A stretch of DNA of 51,886 nt, the filler included, from Candidatus Omnitrophota bacterium (GTDB taxonomy: Bacteria > Omnitrophota > Gorgyraeia > Zapsychrales > JBDRMG01), in NCBI GenBank assembly GCA_043812495.1. It is 3 parts of 3 records of this genome, joined end to end, with 100 filler letters (N's around TTAATTAATTAA, not from the genome) between each part and the next. Parts side by side here need not be neighbours in the genome. Positions count along the whole stretch, not along the records: positions 1 to 18,958 come from JBDRMG010000059.1; 2 more parts are not named here. The stretch is one strand, 5' to 3'. Position numbers and translations under genes: made by a program. Below the pieces are notes generated by a model, which saw only the letters and a program-made list of their open reading frames with translations, ran no database searches and was not told the DNA's origin. Below, in pieces: positions 9,612-18,352 of this stretch. The stretch's first letter is position 1, and each line of letters opens with the position of its first letter.

Positions 9612-10874
9612 TTATCCCTCGTATCGTTTTAATACCATTGATGAATGAACACCGGAAAAACCGCTCGATGTTTTGAGCATGCAATGCACCTTCTTTTCTC
9701 GAGCAACATTGGGCACATAATCCAAATCGCATTGCGGATCCGGTTCTTCCTGGTTGATGGTCGGCGGTAAAATATTGCGCTCAAAAATCAATGCAGCAAC
9801 GGCAAGCTCTACCCCATTAGCTCCCGCGAGCGGATGACCAATCATCGATTTTAAAGAACTGATGGGAATTTTGTAAGCATAATCCCCTAAGGACATCTTA
9901 TAGGCGTTTGTTTCAAATACATCGTTTTGGCGCGTAGAGGAACCGTGCGCATTGATGTAATCAATGTCTTGAGGTTTAATACCGGCATCGTTCATGGCTA
10001 AAATAATACTGTCGCTCATCGCGTCACCGTCAGCCGGTAAATCCGTCATATGAAAGGCATTGCAGGTGGTGCCAAAACCAATGATTTCACAGTAAATGCG
10101 TGCCCCGCGCTTAAGGGCATGCTGAAGTTCTTCTAAAACAAGAATGCCACAGCCTTCGGAAATGACAAAACCATTGCGTTGATTATCAAACGGACGCGAC
10201 GCTTTTTCCGGCTCGTGATTTCTTGTGGCCAGGACACTCACCACGTCAAACGCCCCGAAGGTAATCGGCGTGATCGGGGCTTCGCTTGCGCCGGCCAGCA
10301 TAATATCGATTTCCCCTTCCTGGATGGCTTCAAAAGCAAAACCCACCGAATCCGTTCCGGCCGTACAACCCGTCGAGATCGTATTGCAGATTCCTTTGAG
10401 CCCGTATTTGGCCGAAATTTCACTCGATGGTGTGTTGAACATGGAGGCGTCATACAAATCCGGACGGACCATAGACGGGTCAATCGGTTTTTTGCCGCTG
10501 TCGGTGACAAGGGCAAATTCTTCTTCCATGTATTTTGTTCCGCAAATCGCGTTGGCTAAAGAAATGCCCATACGCTCTTTATCGATTTTATTCAAGTCCA
10601 TCTTCGAATCTTCCAAAGCGATTTTGGCACCCACCATGGCAAACTGCACATAACGATCCATGCGGATCGCCTCGTTCTTCGTCAAACCCAACTTAAGGGG
10701 ATCGAAATCGCGCGCCTGCGCGGCAATCTGCGTGTTGAACATCGAAACATCGAATTCTGTCACACGTTTGACGGCCGAAACGCCGTTGATCATTCCTTTC
10801 CAGCAGGCTTCATTCCCGACGCCATTGGGAGAAATCACTCCCGTACCTGTCACGACTACTCTTCTTTTTCTCAT
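9612..10874 (-). CDS. Type II PKS ketosynthase alpha
   Basis: STGCTAGTDSVG (KSalpha-type Cys motif), EAPITPIT, NAHGSSTRQND, KSMIGH, SGFSG. Abuts the CLF gene. Confidence 0.93.
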   Translation of the reverse strand: MRKRRVVVTGTGVISPNGVGNEACWKGMINGVSAVKRVTEFDVSMFNTQIAAQARDFDPLKLGLTKNEAIRMDRYVQFAMVGAKIALEDSKMDLNKIDKERMGISLANAICGTKYMEEEFALVTDSGKKPIDPSMVRPDLYDASMFNTPSSEISAKYGLKGICNTISTGCTAGTDSVGFAFEAIQEGEIDIMLAGASEAPITPITFGAFDVVSVLATRNHEPEKASRPFDNQRNGFVISEGCGILVLEELQHALKRGARIYCEIIGFGTTCNAFHMTDLPADGDAMSDSIILAMNDAGIKPQDIDYINAHGSSTRQNDVFETNAYKMSLGDYAYKIPISSLKSMIGHPLAGANGVELAVAALIFERNILPPTINQEEPDPQCDLDYVPNVAREKKVHCMLKTSSGFSGVHSSMVLKRYEG

Positions 10875-10886
10875 AGTGTCACCCTT

Positions 10887-11882
10887 CTAAACAAGATTAA
10901 ACTCTTTTTTGATCTCTTCTTTATCGATAAACCGCCCCGTGTTTTCCACTTGATGGACAAGATCAACGATCCTTCGATTCAAAGGGGCCTGCGAGCTGAC
11001 ATGCTTGGAGAGTAAATCAATTTCTCCGTTGATATAATCGACCTCGCTTGTTTTTTTGCGCTTGATGCTCTGCAAAATAGAACCGTACAAAGGTTCTTGA
11101 CTCAAGCCAGTCAGGGTTTTATGAATAATGCCGGCGGCCTGATCCATAGGCATGGAGACCAATCCTTCGATACGTTCCCGCGGAAAATCCGGCAAAGACA
11201 CAAGCTGAATGCCTGCTCTTTGCGTGATGGCATAACCTTCTTTAAGAAGCATTATGCTTAAGCGGCACAAATCCAAATCCGAAAAAGTTTCCTGCATGGA
11301 TAGGCCGGTAAGGGCCGGCAGACAATTGTTAAAATTGACAAAGAGCTTGAGCCATTTCATCCCCATGATGTCATCGGAGATAACCACGTCAAACGCCTGA
11401 CCTAAAACCTTCGCGACCTCTTCTAAGATGGAGTCATTGACCGTAAAGGGCCGGCCCATAATCCATTTTCCGTCAAAATTATATGTGATTCGGCCGGGCT
11501 CGATATAAGTCGCGCCAAACATCACGATACTTGAGATCATCTTCTCTTTTTCAAAATGCATGCCGAGAATATTATCCGCCTGCACACCGTTTTGCGTGGT
11601 CAGGCAAATCGTGTGATCGCAATATTCATTATTGTCCCTGTAGGCCTTTTCCAGATCCTGCGTCTTGACGGCAAAGATCGTCAAGTCGTGTTCTTTTTCT
11701 AACCTTTCATCCGTCTTGAGTTTTACATTTTCTTTTCTGATTCCGGCAATGGACAAACCTCGGTCTTTGATCGCCCGGACTTGGTCGGCTCGGCCGATCA
11801 ACGTCACATCATGTCCTGCCTTCGATAAATAAGCCGCGATGATGGAACCAATTGCGCCTGCGCCAATCACAGCAATCGTCAT
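10887..11882 (-). CDS. Ketopantoate reductase (PanE/ApbA) family protein
   Basis: IGAGAIG, AVKTQD, QNG, WLKLFVN, SILQS, SEVDYING. Start at MTIAVIG. Confidence 0.88.
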   Translation of the reverse strand: MTIAVIGAGAIGSIIAAYLSKAGHDVTLIGRADQVRAIKDRGLSIAGIRKENVKLKTDERLEKEHDLTIFAVKTQDLEKAYRDNNEYCDHTICLTTQNGVQADNILGMHFEKEKMISSIVMFGATYIEPGRITYNFDGKWIMGRPFTVNDSILEEVAKVLGQAFDVVISDDIMGMKWLKLFVNFNNCLPALTGLSMQETFSDLDLCRLSIMLLKEGYAITQRAGIQLVSLPDFPRERIEGLVSMPMDQAAGIIHKTLTGLSQEPLYGSILQSIKRKKTSEVDYINGEIDLLSKHVSSQAPLNRRIVDLVHQVENTGRFIDKEEIKKEFNLV

Positions 11883-11895
11883 TTTATCTTTTTCT

Positions 11896-12180
11896 TTATT
11901 GAGAGGGTTCATATTTCTTATAATCAAATCCCACATCACCCAAAAGCTTAATCATCAAACTGTAAAATGCGGGCGGCACTTCCGAATAGAAAGCCTTCAT
12001 AATATCCTGCTCTTCAACGCATTTTGACTGCCGTTCCTGCGCGTTCACTTCGGCGCCCTTCACGACGACTTTATAAGCAATCTGTCGATGAAAAAGTGGA
12101 ATACGTTCAATCAGCGCGTTGAATTTTTCTAAGGCTTCTTTTTCCCATTCCATCTGCATCTGTGTTTGTGGATTAGACAT
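11896..12180 (-). CDS. PCP-reductase/DUF2621-like small protein
   Basis: WEKEA...RIPLFHR...AE..A.ER...V pattern. Overlaps the radical SAM stop. Confidence 0.65.
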   Translation of the reverse strand: MSNPQTQMQMEWEKEALEKFNALIERIPLFHRQIAYKVVVKGAEVNAQERQSKCVEEQDIMKAFYSEVPPAFYSLMIKLLGDVGFDYKKYEPSQ

Positions 12181-13645
12181 AGCTTTGTTCTCCCGCGCTT
12201 GCAGCGGCAAATTTTGAAAGGTTATTCATAAAATCTTTAACGCACAGTTTGACCAACTGGTCGTAATCGCTTTCCATGATTCGGTGAATCCTCTCGGGTT
12301 GTGAATAAAATTCGCGCATGCACCAACTTCCCAGGCGGCCCACTTCTTCGATAGATAAATAATTAGTTGGGATCACGGGATGATGAAAATCCCAATCCTT
12401 AATATTGATATGGTTCGGATCGATCCATCCTTTTTCGACCGATTGATTCCATAATTGAGAACCGGGAACGGGTGTCACGTAATCGAGGGCCATGATGTCC
12501 GGGTCCACATCATTAGCGACGTCCAATCGTTTTTTGATGGTAGCCTCATCGTCATCCTCAAGGCCGATCAAAACGGTTCCCACTGATGATATATTAGCTT
12601 CGCGAAGAGCTTTGACGGTCCCTTTGATTTGCGCAAGCGTTACGCCTTTTCCCTGTTTGGCCAATTGTTCATCGCTTTCCACTTCAATACCGACGAGGCC
12701 CATAAACAGGCCCGATTCATACATGAGCGGCAGTATTTCTTTATGAGCCAGCCAATCATCCGCGCGGCCCAGGCAGACCCATTTGATTTTGTTGCCGCGT
12801 TTAATCTTTAATTCGCAAAATCTTTTAACATTTTCTTTATCGACATTAAAAGCATCGTCTTGAATCACAACGACCTTGACGCCGTATGTTTTCTCCAAAA
12901 GATCCAGTTCGTCCAGTATTTTTTCTGCGGATTTACCCCGCCAGGAAATATAATCCTCCTTGCTGTTTCTTTGATCATACAAACTCCATTGATAACAAAA
13001 TGTGCACGCGCCGGGGCAGCCACGCGAGGTCAGCAATTCGGCAAAGGGTTTCCAGTAGGTGTGGCCCACATATTTATCCATCGGAAAAAGGTCATAGGCC
13101 GGCATAGGTAAATCATTTAAATTGGCCATGGGGCAGCGGTGCGGGCCCATCACGATGGACCCTTTGGAATCGCGCAAAACAAGCCCGGCAATTTTTGAAA
13201 AATCATCCGACCCGCTTTTAAGAGCATTAACTAAATCTGAAATCGTCAGCTCCCCTTCCCCCATCGCAATAAAATCAATTGGGGGATTTTGCTCTAATGT
13301 TTCTTTGCAATAGGCTGAATACCAAAGCCCGCCCATAATCACTTTTGTCTTTGGAAGAATATTTTTAATCTTTTTGGCGGTTTCATTAAAATGCCAAATC
13401 ACAGATAACCCACCCGTTGAATGCAAAAGATCGCCAAACACACAAAGATCCGGTTTGATCTCTTTGATTTGTTTTATCATTTCATCACTTGAGATCCCCA
13501 AGGCTTTAGCATCCATCACCTGCACTTCGGCAATCTTTTTCTCCCGTAAATAGGCGGCCACCTGCGCATAATATTGATTGGGGGCTTTGTGATCGCCGTG
13601 TGTGGCCCATGAACCCATGGGTGGTGTAATAAATAAAACTTTCAT
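12173..13645 (-). CDS. Cobalamin-binding radical SAM enzyme (BchE-like architecture)
   Basis: N-terminal B12-binding-like domain (MGG, GEGE), SRGCPGACTFC CxxxCxxC motif, TPVPGS. GGAG RBS before ATG 13645. Confidence 0.92.
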   Translation of the reverse strand: MKVLFITPPMGSWATHGDHKAPNQYYAQVAAYLREKKIAEVQVMDAKALGISSDEMIKQIKEIKPDLCVFGDLLHSTGGLSVIWHFNETAKKIKNILPKTKVIMGGLWYSAYCKETLEQNPPIDFIAMGEGELTISDLVNALKSGSDDFSKIAGLVLRDSKGSIVMGPHRCPMANLNDLPMPAYDLFPMDKYVGHTYWKPFAELLTSRGCPGACTFCYQWSLYDQRNSKEDYISWRGKSAEKILDELDLLEKTYGVKVVVIQDDAFNVDKENVKRFCELKIKRGNKIKWVCLGRADDWLAHKEILPLMYESGLFMGLVGIEVESDEQLAKQGKGVTLAQIKGTVKALREANISSVGTVLIGLEDDDEATIKKRLDVANDVDPDIMALDYVTPVPGSQLWNQSVEKGWIDPNHINIKDWDFHHPVIPTNYLSIEEVGRLGSWCMREFYSQPERIHRIMESDYDQLVKLCVKDFMNNLSKFAAASAGEQSYV

Positions 13646-13661
13646 TTCTTTCTCCATTTTT

Positions 13662-14207
13662 TTACTTTTCTGGATATTGTCCTTCAAAATCACCATTATT
13701 TCTGTTGAACACATCTATATAAAATTTACACACGGCTGGGTCATCCTGCGGCATATGAAGATGAGAATCTTCTGTTGCTTTCTTCCATCGACCGTTTTCT
13801 TTTTCAAAGGATACCCATCCCTCAAAATTTTCTGTAAAAATTCCCATATCGTTTCTTCCGTATATAATGACCGCATTTTCTTCATTGGCCAAAACTTTCT
13901 TTATTACAATAGTATCTTCATTTCCTACATCGGCTAATCTTAACTCAAAGTTATTCCTGCTTTCTTCTTCTGAAACCATAGGTTGTTCATTATATAATTT
14001 ATCCGACTCTGCAAATTCCTTTAAATAACTAGCCGTATATCTTTTCTCTACTTCAGTAAATTCTTTCCAATTATTCGTAAGATTAATGTCTCTTAGGTAA
14101 GATCTAAACATATCTACAACTTCTTTTTGATTTTGATCATAATTTTCTTGAGCATAAATCAACATAGGTACCGTAAAGATCAAGATAAAAACAAGTAAAA
14201 TTCTCAT
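13662..14207 (-). CDS. Hypothetical secreted protein (AT-rich)
   Basis: AGGAGG RBS, signal peptide ending IYA|Q, EKENGRWK C-terminal motif. Confidence 0.75.
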   Translation of the reverse strand: MRILLVFILIFTVPMLIYAQENYDQNQKEVVDMFRSYLRDINLTNNWKEFTEVEKRYTASYLKEFAESDKLYNEQPMVSEEESRNNFELRLADVGNEDTIVIKKVLANEENAVIIYGRNDMGIFTENFEGWVSFEKENGRWKKATEDSHLHMPQDDPAVCKFYIDVFNRNNGDFEGQYPEK

Positions 14208-14275
14208 CTTTTCCTCCTAAAAAACTTGATAATATTTGTTATTACAAAAATAATGGCCGTTCTAGGGCTTTTTAG

Positions 14276-15772
14276 TCAGAACCAACCCGCGACCAAAGGT
14301 TTGCCGCCGGGCGTTTGGTCCGTGCAAATATGTTTGCATTGGGTGTATTCAAACAATCCGTCCATACCTAGTTCTCTTCCGAAACCGCTTTGTTTATATC
14401 CCCCGTAAGGGGCTTCGTTATAAAACCCGCCGTAGGTATTGATCCACACCGTGCCGCAGCGCAGCTGCCTCGCCACTCTCTTGGCTTTTTTCTGGTCTTT
14501 ACTCCATACACAAGCAGCTAAACCAAACTTCGTGTCATTGGCAATCTTGACGGCTTCGTCTTCCCGAGAAAACTTTATCACGCTTAAAACAGGGCCGAAT
14601 ATCTCTTCCTGGGCAATAGACATATCATTTTTGACATCGGCAAATATTGTCGGTTCGATATAATACCCCTGATTCATCCCCTCGGGAACATTTCCCCCGC
14701 AAAGAAGCTTGGCGCCTTCCTGTATTCCTTTCTCAATGTAAGTCAAAACTGTTTCCAATTGCTTTTTATTGGCAAGCGGCCCAAATTCCGTTTGATAATC
14801 AAGGGCATTACCGATTTTTAGCTTCTTAGTTTTCTCGCCTAAGGCATTTAAAAACTTCTCGTAAATACTTTCCTCTAAAAGCAATCTTGATCCGGCCGTG
14901 CACATCTGTCCCTGATTCATGAATATCGCCGAAAGAGTTCCGCCTAAAGCGGTCTCAAAATCGCAATCAGCAAACACAATATTCGGTGATTTTCCGCCAA
15001 GTTCCAGAGTCAACTTCTTTGTGTTTCCAGAGGCCAGACGCATGACGTCTTGTCCTGTTTCGGTCCCGCCTGTAAAGCTTATCTTATCAACCAGTTCGCT
15101 TTTGATGAGTTCGCTTGCAACGGCATGGTCTTTGATGGAAACAATGTTCAGGACGCCTTCCGGAAGACCGACGCCGGCTATTAACTTCGCCAAATACATT
15201 ATGGAGACGCTCGCTTGCGAAGACGGCTTAAAGATGACGGTATTGCCCGCAATCAAAGCCGGAGCCACTTTCCATGCAAACATGATTAGGGGATAATTCC
15301 ATGTGATGATCGCTCCCACGACTCCGATTGGTTCCCGTTCAGATATGCTTTCGACAGGTGCGGCCGCGCGGTTATTTTTTGATTCAAGTTCTTTAGAAAC
15401 TTTTCCGAAATAATCGAATGTCTCCGCGCATGTCGGCACATCGATGAAGGTTGTGTGCTTGATGGTCTTTCCGACGTCTTTGCTTTCGAGTTCGGCCAAT
15501 TCTTTCGCGTGATCTCGGATCGCTTTCGCTATTTGAATTAAATATTTTCCTCTCTCCTGAACGCTGAGCTTCGGCCAGTTACCGCAATCGAACGCCTTTC
15601 TTGCGGCAAGAATGGCGGATTTCATGTCTTCAAGCGAGGCATCAGCTACTTTTGCAAAAACTTCCTCGTTGGAAGGATTGATGCTGTCAAAATATTTACT
15701 CGTTGATGGCGCGACAAAGTGTCCATCGATCAATAAATCAAATTGTTGAATTTCTGTGTTTACGGGATTCAT
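14276..15772 (-). CDS. NAD(P)-dependent aldehyde dehydrogenase
   Basis: WNYP, FTGG, LELGGKSP, GQMCTAGSR, EEIFGPV, GGYKQSG. Confidence 0.97.
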   Translation of the reverse strand: MNPVNTEIQQFDLLIDGHFVAPSTSKYFDSINPSNEEVFAKVADASLEDMKSAILAARKAFDCGNWPKLSVQERGKYLIQIAKAIRDHAKELAELESKDVGKTIKHTTFIDVPTCAETFDYFGKVSKELESKNNRAAAPVESISEREPIGVVGAIITWNYPLIMFAWKVAPALIAGNTVIFKPSSQASVSIMYLAKLIAGVGLPEGVLNIVSIKDHAVASELIKSELVDKISFTGGTETGQDVMRLASGNTKKLTLELGGKSPNIVFADCDFETALGGTLSAIFMNQGQMCTAGSRLLLEESIYEKFLNALGEKTKKLKIGNALDYQTEFGPLANKKQLETVLTYIEKGIQEGAKLLCGGNVPEGMNQGYYIEPTIFADVKNDMSIAQEEIFGPVLSVIKFSREDEAVKIANDTKFGLAACVWSKDQKKAKRVARQLRCGTVWINTYGGFYNEAPYGGYKQSGFGRELGMDGLFEYTQCKHICTDQTPGGKPLVAGWF

Positions 15773-16768
15773 TTAATTCACCGGCACTTGCTGCCATAAT
15801 TCAAAAATGCGACTGCACGGTGCATACCATTTGGAAATCTTGGCAAAATCCCCGCGCAAGTCCATTTTCTTCTGGGTCGTGGCCACAAACGGATCGATTT
15901 CTCTATTGAAAACGGCACGCCAAATATCCTCGGACGCCGAAATCAAAAATTCTGCATTTTCATCTTTACCCACATCGACAATCCGGCCTTCCTTGAATTT
16001 AAAACTATGGATATTCCCCGATTCGTTCAACTTAACGGCCAAATCCATGGTCATCTGCGTTTTTTCTCCCAACTCTTTGAGCTGGGCATCGTTATTCACC
16101 AAGCGGACAATTTCATCAATCTGTTCTTTAGAGAAAAGATCATATTTCTTTAAGGCCTTTGCCTCTTGAGTTGATTGAAGATTTTGGCTTGTGCCCTCCT
16201 GGTAAAGCCGGCGAATGACATCGACTTTGATTGCCTCTTCCAGGCTTTGAATCAGAAGGAAGCATTCAAAAAGATTCTTTCCGGTCGCCACGGCCCCGTG
16301 ATTGCGCAAAACAGCGATATTCTTGTTTTTCATTGCCTGCAAGACGGGCCGAGCGTCTGTAACCGCCGGCGTCGTTTGAGGAACAGCGGTCATTTCCCCC
16401 AGATATAATTTTGATTCAAAAATCGCCGGAGACAATTTTTCGTTGGCGACAAAATAGCCGTTGATATAAACCGAATGCGTATGAATGATGGCCTGCGTAT
16501 CCTTGAAATTTCTATAGATTTCCGTATGGAGTAATTTTTCCGTGGAAACCTCTCCTTTTTCGATCAAGTTGCCGTCAAGATCCATCAGGATCAGGTCTTT
16601 TTCTTCTAAGCGGCCTAAGCAGGTGCCGTGCGCCGTTAAGAGAATAAGCTCTTCGTCCACCCGAACGCTGATGTTGCCGTTGAGGCCGGTCGCAAGATCC
16701 TTATTCCAAAGAAGACGGCCGATCTCGATGATTTCCTGTTTACATTTCTTCACTTTGGCCTTATTCAT
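15773..16768 (-). CDS. Class II aldolase/adducin domain fused to a C-terminal SCP2 lipid-binding-like domain
   Basis: GNISVR, STE..LH, HTHS, LRNHG. C-terminal ~110 aa read AEFLISAS...IDPFVATTQKKMDLRGD (SCP2-like). GAGGTG RBS. Confidence 0.85.
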   Translation of the reverse strand: MNKAKVKKCKQEIIEIGRLLWNKDLATGLNGNISVRVDEELILLTAHGTCLGRLEEKDLILMDLDGNLIEKGEVSTEKLLHTEIYRNFKDTQAIIHTHSVYINGYFVANEKLSPAIFESKLYLGEMTAVPQTTPAVTDARPVLQAMKNKNIAVLRNHGAVATGKNLFECFLLIQSLEEAIKVDVIRRLYQEGTSQNLQSTQEAKALKKYDLFSKEQIDEIVRLVNNDAQLKELGEKTQMTMDLAVKLNESGNIHSFKFKEGRIVDVGKDENAEFLISASEDIWRAVFNREIDPFVATTQKKMDLRGDFAKISKWYAPCSRIFELWQQVPVN

Positions 16769-17247
16769 TTGACCACCTCGGTAATATATTTTGCCGGGAC
16801 CCATTCCACAAGCGGAACAAATCCCTTAATTCCTTTGGGAGCAATGCGCTTATTTTTGAAATTCACTATGTCTTTTTGCGTGCCAAAAAATTTAGTCGTG
16901 CGGCATGACGGATAAAGTCTAACAGGTATTTTATGTTTCCTGCTCATAATGGCCAAGATGAGCGCTCCGACATCGCACAAAGCCCCTTGGCGGCTCACAA
17001 GCTGATAAGCAATCCAAATTTCTTTCACGCAATCTTTGTAAAACAGAAAACCAGCTGAATTATCAGAGATAAGAATTGGTTTGATTCTTTCTTTTAACAA
17101 AGACTTGGCGTTTTTTTGGGCCGCTTCAAGCGTAGGCCGTCCTTCACAAATGACAACGGATTTTGCCTTTTTCTTTTTCAAAAGATCAAAAAACGCTTTT
17201 TGTGGAATTCCCTGCAAAATAATGGCAGATTTCTTTTTAATGCACAT
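16765..17247 (-). CDS. Short eIF-2B/MtnA C-terminal-domain paralog, probably non-catalytic
   Basis: EGRP, ISDNSAG, G..ILAI...HKIPV and EWVPAKYI mirror the MtnA C-domain. It lacks THCN and the GADR/ANKIG motifs. Confidence 0.65.
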   Translation of the reverse strand: MCIKKKSAIILQGIPQKAFFDLLKKKKAKSVVICEGRPTLEAAQKNAKSLLKERIKPILISDNSAGFLFYKDCVKEIWIAYQLVSRQGALCDVGALILAIMSRKHKIPVRLYPSCRTTKFFGTQKDIVNFKNKRIAPKGIKGFVPLVEWVPAKYITEVVK

Positions 17248-18205
17248 TGATTGGTATCGTTTCCTTAATGAATTTGTTCGGGACAACATCAAAGCCTGGA
17301 TAAAATCCGTCGGTTCCTTTTGGAGCAATTCTTTGTCCTTCATAAACTAATAATTCTTTGGGATTACGGACTTCTATGGGGATATCGCTTCCCTTTTTAA
17401 TTTTTGTGGATGGCTGGGTGAGTACATACATAGGAACACCAAACTCTTTAGCGCACACAGCGATGGGAAGAGTTCCGATTTTATTGGCAATATCACCGTT
17501 GGCGCAGGAACGATCAGATCCAACAATCACCAAATCAATTATTTGATCGCTCAAAAGCGTTCCGACGGCATTGTCTGCCACAAGCGTCACATCTACGCCA
17601 ACTTTCTGCAATTCCCAGCATGTGAGTTTGGCTCCTTGAAAATAGGGTCGCGTCTCCGTGGCAAAGTAATGAACCTTCTTTTTCTTACTTTTACATATTG
17701 CTGCCGCCATCGCGAGCTCGCCGCTTACATTGCAATGCGTGAGAACCGTATCCCCGTTTTTGATGAGACTGGCGATTTTCTGAACGCGCTGGATGCGTCT
17801 TTCATAAATGCCGTGCAAAAAGCCCTGAATATTCTTTGAAAGATATGTCCGCAAATTAACATTTTGATCGATAGCTTTCTTCGCCCACCCTAAAACCATC
17901 CCCGTCACTTCAGAAAAAGGAAATGTCGGCCGGCTGGCGTTTAATGCCTCGGCGGTTTCCTGCAGTTTGCCGAACAGCTTCTGATCCGGGCACTTCTTAC
18001 AATTCTTTAGTACAAGCAAGAATGTATTCATAACCACCAAAAACTGGCCAAAGGCCCGCGTGCGCATATCCTTAATCACAGCTACGGCCTGCTTGGTGTT
18101 TCTGACTTTAATGAAATGAAATTTGGCCGGCAATAATGTTTCGTCTAAAACCAGCATAGTTTGGTTTTTTAACTTTACAGGCCAAAATAAGGGCGATACT
18201 TTCAT
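17237..18205 (-). CDS. MtnA-like ribose-1-phosphate-derivative isomerase (eIF-2B family), divergent
   Basis: SRPT, THCN, ETRP, VGSDR..ANGDIANKIGT, IPIEVR, FDVVP. The canonical RGAPAIG reads RAFGQ. Confidence 0.88.
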   Translation of the reverse strand: MKVSPLFWPVKLKNQTMLVLDETLLPAKFHFIKVRNTKQAVAVIKDMRTRAFGQFLVVMNTFLLVLKNCKKCPDQKLFGKLQETAEALNASRPTFPFSEVTGMVLGWAKKAIDQNVNLRTYLSKNIQGFLHGIYERRIQRVQKIASLIKNGDTVLTHCNVSGELAMAAAICKSKKKKVHYFATETRPYFQGAKLTCWELQKVGVDVTLVADNAVGTLLSDQIIDLVIVGSDRSCANGDIANKIGTLPIAVCAKEFGVPMYVLTQPSTKIKKGSDIPIEVRNPKELLVYEGQRIAPKGTDGFYPGFDVVPNKFIKETIPINVH

Positions 18206-18228
18206 AAAAATATTCCTATCAAATTTTT

Positions 18229-18332
18229 GGCCCCGCCTCTTGCTTTCGCAAAAAAGCGGCGGGGTAAATTCCGACAGACAACTTACGTCATGCGGCCTTC
18301 GGCCGCAATCCGTAAGTTGTCTGTCGTCATTT
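18229..18332 (-). repeat. Structured palindromic repeat, family A, copy 2
   Basis: Minus strand: AATGACGACAGACAACTTACGGA-TTGCGGCCGAAGGCCGCA-TGACGTAAGTTGTCTGTCGGAATTTACCCCGCC..GGCGGGGCC. Confidence 0.75.
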
Positions 18333-18352
18333 ACAAAATAACGGTGATTCTT

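Noticed and set aside
12173..13645. BchE plus PCP-reductase-like domain as chlorophyll biosynthesis
   Set aside because: No other photosynthesis or tetrapyrrole genes are present. The architecture is shared by many B12 radical SAM enzymes.
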